Shown one piece after another: positions 49,521-58,385 of a DNA stretch of 64,000 nucleotides (position 1 is its first letter; each line of letters starts with the position of its first letter). The notes beneath the pieces were generated by a model. It was not told where the DNA came from, ran no database searches, and worked only from the letters and a program-made list of their open reading frames with translations. The translations under genes and the position numbers were made by a program. The DNA comes from Candidatus Poribacteria bacterium (GTDB taxonomy: Bacteria; Poribacteria; WGA-4E; WGA-3G), in contig CAXXUA010000005.1 in the NCBI GenBank assembly GCA_963663765.2, forward strand, positions 1,152,001-1,216,000, given 5' to 3'.

Positions 49521-51422
49521 CTACTTGCTTTGTTTAGGTGTAAGTTTCCAATGGAGAATAGTTCCATCCCGATTCCCACTTACTAATGTGTTACCATCCG
49601 GACTATACACAACGATTGTGCGGTAAGGTGAATTTCCCTTGAAGGTGTGCAAGACCACACCAGAGGTTACATCCCACAAACGGATAGTATCACCAAAACT
49701 CCCACTTGCGAGTGTTTTTCCATCAGGACTGAATGATACACATCCAACCCAACCCTTATGTCCGTTGAGAGTTCGCAAATGCCCTCCTGATTCGGCATCC
49801 CACAAACGAATGGTTTGATCCCAACTTCCGCTTGCGATTACTTTACCATCTGGATTGAACGATACACTTTCGACCGTTCTCTTATGTCCTTTGAGGGTCC
49901 GCAAGTGTGAACCGGTGACTACATTCCACAAGCGAATAGTTTTGTCCTCACTTCCACTTGCAAGGGATTTGCCATTTGGACTAAACAAAACGCTATAGAC
50001 TTTAGATTTATGATCCGCAAAAGTACGCAAATGTGCACCAGAGACCACATCCCATAGACGGATAGTTTTGTCATAACTTCCACTTGCGAGCGTCTTACCA
50101 TCAGGACTAAATGACACACTAACCACGGCATTCGTATGTCCGATAAAAGTGCGTAAATGTGCGCCAGAAACAGCATCCCACAGGCAAATAGTTTTGTCCT
50201 GACTCCCACTTACGAGGGTTTTCCCATCCGGACTGAAGGATACACTTTCAACAGGATACTCATGTCCCTTGAAAGTGCGTAAGTGTTGGCTGGATTTGGC
50301 ATCCCACAAATGAATGCTGTTGTCAAAATAACCTCCATACCCTCCTGCAATTGTGTTGCCATCCGGACTGAAAGATACACTATGGAGACGACTCGTATGT
50401 CCGGTGATAGTACGTATATGACTACCGGAAGTTATATCCCAAAATCGGATGGTTTGATCCCAACTTCCGCTTGCGAGGGTTTTACCATCAGAACTGAACG
50501 ATATGCTTCGGATCACACCCGTATGTCCCTTGAAAGTGCGTAAGTGCGCCCCAGATGCTACATCCCACATACGGATGGTTCGATCCCAACATCCACTTGC
50601 CAGTGTTTTACCATCAGGACTGAACGATATGCTTTCGACATTATCTTTATGCCCTTTGAGAATACGTAGGTGATCACCGGGTTCAACATTCCACAATCGG
50701 ACGACACCTCCCTTACTACTGCTTGCGAGGGTTTTACCATCAGGACTGAAGGATACACTTGTAACACCAGAATTATGGCTTCTGAGGATTTTTTGTCTTT
50801 TGAATGTCCACAAATGCGCGCCAGAAAATACATCCCATAGGTGGATGAAACCGTCTTCATCTCCACTTGCAAGTATACTACCATCTGGACTAAATGATAC
50901 GGTTGTAATTTTACCTTTATGTTTCATGAAAGTGTGCAAACGTTCACCGGATTCGGCATCCAACAGATTAACAACATTGTCACTACCCCCATTTAACCCT
51001 CCAATTGCCAGGACTTTACCATCAGGACGATATATAATTGTATAGCCAGAATGTGTTGTAAGTATTCGTAGATGTGAACCCGTTGCGACATCCCACAGAC
51101 GGACGTTGAGTCTACTCACACCCGCAAGTGTCTTCCCATCAGGACTGAATGATATGCTATTGACACGTGCTGTATTTCCGATGAGGAGGTTCAGTTCTTT
51201 TCCATTCTTGGCATCATATAACCAAATACCTATTTCACTCGCAACAGCCAGCAGTGTTCCATCTGGTGAATACTTAATCTCTTCTATCGTGCTTTTACCG
51301 AGGCGAGCTGTTGCGCCTTCGGGTAGTTTCCACTTTATGTAGTCTTGTGCAAAAGTGGATGGTAGGATAAACGCTGAAAAAATTAGTAGCGTCAAAACAA
51401 TTGAAACTAATGTTGTTTTCAT
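49521..51422 (-). CDS. Secreted WD40-repeat protein
   Basis: Signal peptide, LPEGATARLGK, about 13 repeats of GH..V.S.SFSPDGKTLASGS.D.TIRLWD. Confidence 0.95.
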   Translation of the reverse strand: MKTTLVSIVLTLLIFSAFILPSTFAQDYIKWKLPEGATARLGKSTIEEIKYSPDGTLLAVASEIGIWLYDAKNGKELNLLIGNTARVNSISFSPDGKTLAGVSRLNVRLWDVATGSHLRILTTHSGYTIIYRPDGKVLAIGGLNGGSDNVVNLLDAESGERLHTFMKHKGKITTVSFSPDGSILASGDEDGFIHLWDVFSGAHLWTFKRQKILRSHNSGVTSVSFSPDGKTLASSSKGGVVRLWNVEPGDHLRILKGHKDNVESISFSPDGKTLASGCWDRTIRMWDVASGAHLRTFKGHTGVIRSISFSSDGKTLASGSWDQTIRFWDITSGSHIRTITGHTSRLHSVSFSPDGNTIAGGYGGYFDNSIHLWDAKSSQHLRTFKGHEYPVESVSFSPDGKTLVSGSQDKTICLWDAVSGAHLRTFIGHTNAVVSVSFSPDGKTLASGSYDKTIRLWDVVSGAHLRTFADHKSKVYSVLFSPNGKSLASGSEDKTIRLWNVVTGSHLRTLKGHKRTVESVSFNPDGKVIASGSWDQTIRLWDAESGGHLRTLNGHKGWVGCVSFSPDGKTLASGSFGDTIRLWDVTSGVVLHTFKGNSPYRTIVVYSPDGNTLVSGNRDGTILHWKLTPKQSK

Positions 51423-51474
51423 TATGTTGCCTTATATCTATTTCAGAAAATAACTGCTATTGTTGATAATAACA

Positions 51475-51807
51475 TAGGGTTATTTAGTTTTAAGAGTTTT
51501 CTGGTATTGAGATTTACTGAAAGTTAATACCCAAGTGCGCTTTCCTAACCGCACTTTATGCATCAATTTTAGATTATTGAAACATAAACATTGTTCTTTA
51601 GTCCCGTAGGGACGATATGTTTATAGAAAACGAGTACCCCGCCCAGTTCTTTAGTCCCGACAAATGCGCCAAATCAACGGTATGAATGCCATTAAGGCAT
51701 TCCCCGTGTGGCATTTGGCGGGACTAAAAACCTATAAATGATGACAACACATAAAATTAACGACATAGCAAAACATTATCAAAAATATTGAAAACTGAAT
51801 AACCCTG
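51475..51807. mobile_element. MITE family B, second copy
   Basis: AGGGTTATTTAGTTTT / AAAACTGAATAACCCTG; ATAATAACA duplicated; one 53-bp array unit at 51597. Confidence 0.85.
51670..51705 (+). mobile_element. 36-nt hairpin micro-element
   Basis: CAAATCAACGGTATGAATGCCATTAAGGCATTCCCC in the loop of a TTTAGTCCCG..CGGGACTAAA hairpin. Confidence 0.75.
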
Positions 51808-51836
51808 ATAATAACATATCACACTTGTGTTGTCAA
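51808..51836 (-). promoter_or_regulatory. Sigma70 promoter of the WD40 gene, now separated from it by the MITE
   Basis: TTGACA-N17-TATTAT with TG extension; the -10 lies within the target duplication. Confidence 0.6.
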
Positions 51837-51959
51837 ATTTTATGAAAGTTCCAAAATTAGCCAATTGACGCGATGTGTTTTATTTGGAAACTTATTCCTC
51901 AATTTTCAAGGAAATGTTTTATTTTATTGTGGATTTTACAATTACCTTGACAGTTTGTT

Positions 51960-52025
51960 TGTAGGAGGGAACTCCGGTTCCCGACCATACATACCCATAG
52001 TCGCGATTCGGAGATCGCTCCTACA
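51960..52025. repeat. GTAG REP doublet
   Basis: GTAGGAGGGAACTCCGGTTCCCGA ... TCGCGATTCGGAGATCGCTCCTAC; same family as 39129-39186. Confidence 0.85.
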
Positions 52026-52145
52026 GAAGATGTGTAAACTTATTTTTGGATTTCACTATAAAGAGGCCCGTTTAATCATGATTCATTGTGCCTCGGACAT
52101 TCATAGCCGTATTTTGTAGAGGGGTCACTTTGTTCTGATTATCAC

Positions 52146-53195
52146 CTACCAATCCTCATCGTGGTGGTGCTCTTGCAGAGGCGGTCTCACCGGGACATCT
52201 GGTTCTGGACGTTGGTCCAACCACCACGCAAACACGACAACCATACACACAAGCACAATTGCACTAATTGCCATCGGTATACCCACAGTCTTTTCACCAT
52301 CGTCAAGGCGTTCTGCTTGCATACGTATCCTGAAAAGTGCAATAACACCAGACAAAACAGAAATAGCAGCCAACACAAAGTTAGCCTGCCACGGGACACG
52401 GAGAAGGAGGGTGATGAGTGAAATCACAACACATGTCATACTGAATAACGCATACGGGTCATAAGGTAATGTGTCTGTTTCCTCCAATTCGGAAGAATCG
52501 GTGTGTTGACGGGGTGGAACAGGTATTGGTGCATCATCTTGATAAGTCATCTCAATAAGACGTATGAATTCCGCTAACAGTTTCTCCCGTTGAATCCAGT
52601 CAAAGAGTTCTGGATATTCATGGCGAAGCAAAATAGTAAATTCTTGACGTTGCGCGCTGTAATCGGTAAATTCTTCCCAGTCACGTTCCGCAACAGTAGT
52701 GTATGGTTCAGGACCCACGCGGAGTTCATACCCATGTCCAGTAACATAAACAACACTACCGATGTCATCGCGTTGTGCCAGAGTCGTTTCTCCTGAGACA
52801 GTCACCCCAGATTCATCTTCATCCACTACAGCTGCCATGTCACGTTGCTTGAGTGCTTTTGCTGCAGCTTCAGATTGCTTTGTTATCTCGTTATCAGCAA
52901 TAGCCACGTCAATACGACTTACCAATTCCAATGCTGTGACCTCATATTCTGGTGCAACAAACAAAGCAGTTTTCCCTTCTTTTTTCACTGGCAAAGGACG
53001 ACATCGAATCTGTTGTGCCCCCAAAGTCGCTTGAATCAACTTAACTTCCCACTCGTCACTTGTTCGGTAAATCTCAATCCAATTAGAAGTATCTCCGACC
53101 TCTTCATTTATGAATTCAGAAACCTGATTCAATCTTCCTTGACTTATCTGTGATCCTTGTCGAGGATTACGTTGTTTTCCTCTTTCCCTATCCAT
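52146..53195 (-). CDS. Membrane protein with N-terminal DUF2007-like domain and three C-terminal TMs
   Basis: WIEIYRTSDEWEVKLIQATLGAQQIRC..LFVAPE pattern; hydrophobic C-terminus. Confidence 0.7.
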   Translation of the reverse strand: MDRERGKQRNPRQGSQISQGRLNQVSEFINEEVGDTSNWIEIYRTSDEWEVKLIQATLGAQQIRCRPLPVKKEGKTALFVAPEYEVTALELVSRIDVAIADNEITKQSEAAAKALKQRDMAAVVDEDESGVTVSGETTLAQRDDIGSVVYVTGHGYELRVGPEPYTTVAERDWEEFTDYSAQRQEFTILLRHEYPELFDWIQREKLLAEFIRLIEMTYQDDAPIPVPPRQHTDSSELEETDTLPYDPYALFSMTCVVISLITLLLRVPWQANFVLAAISVLSGVIALFRIRMQAERLDDGEKTVGIPMAISAIVLVCMVVVFAWWLDQRPEPDVPVRPPLQEHHHDEDW

Positions 53196-53263
53196 AGCAA
53201 ATCCTATACCAAAGTTTTGATGTTAACATTCCGTGGGATATGAAAAATGCATTAATTATCAAG

Positions 53264-53295
53264 TTATCCACATGTTATCAACATTCTGTCAATAA
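53264..53295. promoter_or_regulatory. DnaA-box cluster
   Basis: Perfect TTATCCACA at 53264, TTATCAACA at 53275 and an inverted degenerate box at 53287. Confidence 0.5.
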
Positions 53296-53305
53296 CCGAA
53301 GTACA

Positions 53306-53737
53306 TCAATCTATTGGCTGTTGTATTTTGATGGAACGGATGTTTTCATCTTCCCACGTAATGTGAATTTTAATACAGGTATCGGGCAATCCATCTGCCA
53401 TCCGTTCAGCCCACTCAATAATGCAGATACCATTTCCCTCAATATACTCACTTAACCCAAGGTCTGCTATCTCGGTAGCTGTTTCAAGTCTATATAAATC
53501 TATGTGGTAAATGGGAATCTTCCCATTATATTCGTTGATGAGAATATAAGAAGGACTACTGACAACTTCATCTGGTGCAAGACCAACACCGCCTGCAATG
53601 CCCTGTGTTAAGCATGTCTTTCCTGTGCCGAGATCACCAATCAATGCAATAACGTCACCGGGTTGTAACGTTTTGCCAAGTTTCTCTCCGAGAGCTTGTG
53701 TCTCCTCAGGGCTCTCTGTCCGAAATACCTTTTCCAT
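53306..53737 (-). CDS. tsaE: tRNA threonylcarbamoyladenosine biosynthesis ATPase
   Basis: GDLGTGKT, SPSY, HIDLYRL and IEW motifs; ATG overlaps the xylG stop. Confidence 0.96.
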   Translation of the reverse strand: MEKVFRTESPEETQALGEKLGKTLQPGDVIALIGDLGTGKTCLTQGIAGGVGLAPDEVVSSPSYILINEYNGKIPIYHIDLYRLETATEIADLGLSEYIEGNGICIIEWAERMADGLPDTCIKIHITWEDENIRSIKIQQPID

Positions 53738-55266
53738 TATGCTCCTGCTGCACACCTTAATATATCCTCTTGCGTCAACTTTTCGTTCACAAATTCACCT
53801 GTAATTCTACCTTCATGTAACACCAAAACTCTATCGCTCATTCCCAAAATCTCTGGCAACTCTGAAGATACCAAAACAATAGCAACACCCGCGTCAGCAA
53901 GTTGAGCGGCTAAGGCATGTATTTCTGCTTTTGCCCCCACATCAATCCCACGTGTCGGTTCATCAAGAAAAAGCACTTTCGGACGCGTCATTAGCCATTT
54001 TCCTAAAACGACCTTCTGCTGATTACCACCACTCAACTGTCTCACTGGTACATCAAGCGAAGATGCTTTAATACGCAGTGTATCCACTGAATGCGCACTT
54101 TTCTTATACTCCACTCTTTTGTTGATCACACCGTATGATGTAATCTCACCAGATTCACCGAGACTCGCAAGCGTCATATTCTGGGAAACATCTTTTTCCA
54201 AAATGAGTCCATACCGTTTCCTGTCTTCACTGACCAATGCTATTCCTTGTCGTATCGCATCACGTGGCGAACGAATCTGTAACGCTTTGCCATCTCTATA
54301 AACTTTGCCACTCCACCGACCTGAATATGCACCAAAGATTGTGTTTATCAATTCTGTTCTACCTGCCCCCATCAGTCCCGCGATCCCAAGGATTTCTCCG
54401 CGTCGCACCTCAAAACTGATGTTCTCAAGTTGGGGTGGTTCGGATGGATAGGTAGATAACTCTTCAACTTGTAAAGCAGGTACTGTTTCTGCAGGTGATT
54501 GCACAAAGTGTTCACGTGTCGGAAAAAGGGTTGTCAACTCACGGCCGACCATTTGTGAAATCAGTATATCTTCGGTGCAATCATCTAATGTTTGCGTTGC
54601 CACCGTCTTGCCATCACGTAGCACGGTCACGCGATCAGCAATCTGAAATACTTCTTTGAGCTTGTGTGTAATATAGATGCAGGCAACACCATTATTTCGG
54701 AGCTGCATCAAAATATTATGCAGTATATCAACTTCACTTTTTGTCAATGCTGCTGTTGGTTCGTCAAGCACAAGCAACCGTGCATCACGAGATAACGCTT
54801 TAGCAATCTCAACAAGCTGCTGCTGTCCAATACCGAGTTGATGGACTTGACCCCGTAACGGAATTTCCAACCCAAACTGTGACAACAACTCTCCCGCATC
54901 CCGATATAAACTCGATTTGTCAATTATACCGAAACGTAAAGGTTCTCTACCTAAATAGATATTCTCAGCAACCGTCATCTCAGGAATCAGTGCCAATTCC
55001 TGATGGATTACGGCAATACCAGCGTGTTCTGCATCACGGACGTTACGAAAACGTTGTTCAGCATCGTTGATACGTAACTGTCCCGCATAAGTGCCGAACG
55101 GATGCACCGCACCGAGTATCTTTATCAACGTTGATTTGCCTGCACCATTCTCACCACAAAGTGCGTGTATTTCTCCAGAACGCACCTCAAAATTCACGTC
55201 ATCTAATGCACGCACACCAGGAAAATCTTTCGTGATAGCCTGCATGCTGAGAAGTGGCATTGCCAT
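53737..55266 (-). CDS. xylG: Monosaccharide (xylose-type) ABC transporter ATP-binding protein
   Basis: Two ABC domains; GENGAGKST, LSGGNQQK and DEPTRGIDVGAK. Confidence 0.88.
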   Translation of the reverse strand: MAMPLLSMQAITKDFPGVRALDDVNFEVRSGEIHALCGENGAGKSTLIKILGAVHPFGTYAGQLRINDAEQRFRNVRDAEHAGIAVIHQELALIPEMTVAENIYLGREPLRFGIIDKSSLYRDAGELLSQFGLEIPLRGQVHQLGIGQQQLVEIAKALSRDARLLVLDEPTAALTKSEVDILHNILMQLRNNGVACIYITHKLKEVFQIADRVTVLRDGKTVATQTLDDCTEDILISQMVGRELTTLFPTREHFVQSPAETVPALQVEELSTYPSEPPQLENISFEVRRGEILGIAGLMGAGRTELINTIFGAYSGRWSGKVYRDGKALQIRSPRDAIRQGIALVSEDRKRYGLILEKDVSQNMTLASLGESGEITSYGVINKRVEYKKSAHSVDTLRIKASSLDVPVRQLSGGNQQKVVLGKWLMTRPKVLFLDEPTRGIDVGAKAEIHALAAQLADAGVAIVLVSSELPEILGMSDRVLVLHEGRITGEFVNEKLTQEDILRCAAGA

Positions 55267-55379
55267 TTCGTTGATACCCCGATACCAATATTTCCGTTAT
55301 TATAGCAGAAATAGGTGTGGTCCTCAAGATTTTTGTCTTTTACTATACACCAGAGACATTCAATTGTCACAAAACATCT

Positions 55380-55486
55380 TTGTTGGAGGGGTTTCCTACC
55401 CCGAATTTTCATGCTGGGTATCTGAAATCCAAATCAACGCTGAATGCTCTTTTGGCATTCAGCGGGGTTGGAAACCCCTCCAACAA
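55380..55486. repeat. REP doublet with a micro-element inserted in the right arm
   Basis: TTGTTGGAGGGGTTTCCTACCCCGA ... TC[34 nt]GGGGTTGGAAACCCCTCCAACAA. Confidence 0.85.
55430..55463 (+). mobile_element. 34-nt hairpin micro-element
   Basis: CAAATCAACGCTGAATGCTCTTTTGGCATTCAGC splits AATC|GGGG of the REP. Confidence 0.75.
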
Positions 55487-55590
55487 TAACGAAATTCGAC
55501 AATTGAATACCTCTGTACCATACACGCGTGCTCATCTTGACTTTTCCGCTCTCTTCATATATAATACCTTTATGATACAAAAATGTGTAT

Positions 55591-55712
55591 CAGTACTTAC
55601 GCAGTGCCTTTTTTGATAGTGCCCTTAATAAGGGATTTAGGGGTTAAAACCACTGAAATAGCAACTTTTCATACAGAATTTGTCTGTTTTCAACCAAGTT
55701 GCGTAAGTATAA
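55591..55712. mobile_element. Degenerate CAGGACTTACGCA-family MITE
   Basis: CAGTACTTACGCA ... TGCGTAAGTA; internal CCCTTAATAAGGG hairpin. Confidence 0.55.
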
Positions 55713-55754
55713 CTCTTTATTACTAAAAAACACCATTAGGAGTGATGTTCTAAA

Positions 55755-57155
55755 ATGTTAACCAAAGCCGACATTGAACATGAGAAATTAAATCAAGAAT
55801 CTTCGTTTTTCAGAACATCCCTTGCACCGACCAATGAGGAGCAACTCCTGCTTTTCACGTTGAAACACCTCGGAAAACTACCTGAAGGGTTTGATGGACA
55901 ATTGCTTGTACCTTTATTGGAACACCTTAATCCGAAAATCCGTTGTCTGGCTATAAAGAATGTAGGCAAATTAAAAGATGAACGTTATTTAAAGAAACTT
56001 ATAAAATTTGCTAAAAACGAGAAAGACACATTTGCACGTCGCGAGGCAGTTTCAGCAATAGGTAGACTCAAATCGGAAAATGCAATTCCAATTTTGACCC
56101 AGTTTATCGTAGACACTGATCCAAAAGTTGTCATGCAAGCATTGCGCGGATTACTTTACTTCAAAGAGCATCATGATGTAAAAACAACATTAACAACCCT
56201 TTCTGAACATCCCAATGAATTGATCAAGGAACAAATTAACCGAGAATTACATTCACATGACCAACCACGTGCATCTAAAATGCAAAATCACCCTACAAGT
56301 CTAAACACGCTAAGAAACGTGATGGTTTGTGCCGATGTTCAGGATGTACTAAAGGTAATTCCTGACGAATCTGTTCATTTAACATTTACCTCACCACCTT
56401 ATTATAACGCACGCGACTATACCATTTTTCCGAGTTATGAAGCATATCTCGATTTTTTGACTGCAGTATTTAAGGAGACACATCGCATTACTAAAGAAGG
56501 AAGGTTTTTTGTCTTGAACACCTCACCTGTGATTGTTCCACGTATTAGTCGCGCACATTCCAGCAAGCGATATGCAATTCCTTATGACATTCACCCCCGA
56601 CTCACCGAAATCGGGTGGGAGTTTATTGACGACATTGTATGGATGAAGCCGGAATACGCTGCAAAAAACAGAAATGGCGGATTTTTCCAGCATCGTAAAC
56701 CCCTTGGGTATAAGACCAATTCAGTTACTGAATGCGTCATGGTGTATCGCAAAAAAACTGATAAATTGATTGACTGGAATATCCGACAGTATGACGACGA
56801 GACTATTACCGCAAGCAAAGTTATGGGTGATTATGAGAAAACGAATGTCTGGCAAATCAATCCTGCTACTGACAAAGTGCACCCCGCAGTTTTTCCACCT
56901 GAATTAGCTGCGCGCGTTGTTCAGTTCTATTCGTTTGAAGAGGATCTCGTTTTTGATCCATTCGGTGGTAGTGGAACTGTAGGACAGGTCGTCCTTGCTC
57001 AAGACAGATATTATTTCCTCTGTGAGAAAGAAGCGGAATATGTTGAACGGGCAAAACAGATACTTGAAACATCATTATTCTCGGGTGTAAATCCAAGATT
57101 CCTTACACTAAATGAATTGCATGCAGAAATTGCGGTGGAGGTACCCAACCTGTGA
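55755..57155 (+). CDS. HEAT-repeat domain fused to an N4C/N6A DNA methyltransferase (beta class)
   Basis: HEAT repeats aa 30-165; TSPPYY, HPAVFP and DPFGGSGT motifs. Confidence 0.9.
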   Translation: MLTKADIEHEKLNQESSFFRTSLAPTNEEQLLLFTLKHLGKLPEGFDGQLLVPLLEHLNPKIRCLAIKNVGKLKDERYLKKLIKFAKNEKDTFARREAVSAIGRLKSENAIPILTQFIVDTDPKVVMQALRGLLYFKEHHDVKTTLTTLSEHPNELIKEQINRELHSHDQPRASKMQNHPTSLNTLRNVMVCADVQDVLKVIPDESVHLTFTSPPYYNARDYTIFPSYEAYLDFLTAVFKETHRITKEGRFFVLNTSPVIVPRISRAHSSKRYAIPYDIHPRLTEIGWEFIDDIVWMKPEYAAKNRNGGFFQHRKPLGYKTNSVTECVMVYRKKTDKLIDWNIRQYDDETITASKVMGDYEKTNVWQINPATDKVHPAVFPPELAARVVQFYSFEEDLVFDPFGGSGTVGQVVLAQDRYYFLCEKEAEYVERAKQILETSLFSGVNPRFLTLNELHAEIAVEVPNL

Positions 57156-58144
57156 CTATTACGGGGGCAGTAATCAAAAATATCATTCAAAGACTTCTTA
57201 CAGGAGAGGATCACCGTTCCGAAATTCTTGCGTTAATTAATGCGGAGTTTTTGCAATATGCCGTTGATTTTTTTAAACGCGTTGCTTGTGCTAAGTTAGA
57301 TAACAAAACTGTGACGGTTGACTGGTACAAAAAGGAATTCCTCAATTCAGATTCATTTTCACCACAAGATGTCGCTATACATTCGGGATTAAATATGAAA
57401 ACTATTACAAATACATACAATTCAGCAAGCAAAAAAATTGTCTTAGAAGCATCTCTAAAACATTATGACACTCTCTATCAAGCCATTAACAGTTTAACTG
57501 AACAGGATGAACTTGATGTGTCTCTCACTATAAATTTTCGCGATGTCAGTGTTGACTTGAACATCAATGAGAGTTTAATCGTTATTAACACACTGGCAGT
57601 CAAACGATCTGCACTCCGTGGAGCATATTGGAGCACATCGGGAAAATAGGTGGAAAAACCTTTAATGGTAACACTCTGTGCACTTTTTCAAGTTCCCATA
57701 AAATGTTATGATCAGAAGAATCTCCCAGAATCGGAACGCGAATCAGATTTCTATCTGTTTGATGAAACTGGAAAGGATTATCCCTGTGAGGTTAAGTTAA
57801 TGGGTAAAGGCAATCCCGAAAGTGCAGATGCCGTATTTGCGCGCGGTGGACGCGTTCTTGTAGCAAATAAACTTTCTGATACCAACAAACAACAGATGAA
57901 TAGAAATAATATCCTTTGGGTGGAACTTCAAACTAAAAACGGATATAAGCGTTTTGAACAAGTCCTGACATCTTTATCAATTCCGTGCCAACCTTTTACT
58001 GGTGATCTACAAGATGCTTTAGAAAAAATCTTTGCCATTATTCTTTCTGATGATGTTCAAGATTCTGTGACCCCAGAATTGCATTTACAAGAAAATTTGT
58101 TTAGTAAAAATACCGATTCAGACGTACTAATTGTATTCGACTGA
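57152..58144 (+). pseudogene. CfrBI-family type II restriction endonuclease interrupted by one in-frame TAG (57647-57649)
   Basis: ESLIVINTLAVKR..LRGA.WSTSGK*VEKPLM..RESDF..CEVKLMGKGNPESADA; both ORFs are in the same frame. Confidence 0.82.
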
Positions 58145-58318
58145 AAACCTAAGGTATTGGTTTTCAAGTTTCTTTAGTGCAATTCATAAAACTGACAAAC
58201 ATAGTTACAGAAGATCCCTCAATACACAAGCCATTACAACCCATCTTGACAAACAGTATTAGAACGCGTATTTCTGATTACACAAAAACGATTTTCTATT
58301 AACGAATGTAAACTTTTC

Positions 58319-58347
58319 TTGACGTAAAATGTATAATATAATATAAT
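58319..58347 (+). promoter_or_regulatory. Sigma70 promoter
   Basis: TTGACG-N17-TATAAT upstream of 58386. Confidence 0.65.
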
Positions 58348-58385
58348 AATAGAAAGATATTTGCATTTATGGAGAATACATTACC

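Noticed and set aside
49521-51422. Diversity-generating retroelement acting on the WD40 repeats
   Set aside because: No reverse transcriptase and no adenine-specific TR/VR pair seen; similarity fits ordinary repeat expansion.
57647-57649. Pyrrolysine or recoded TAG in the restriction gene
   Set aside because: TAG is a normal stop in many genes here (for example tpiA, pgl, SDR) and no pyl genes are visible; a point mutation is simpler.
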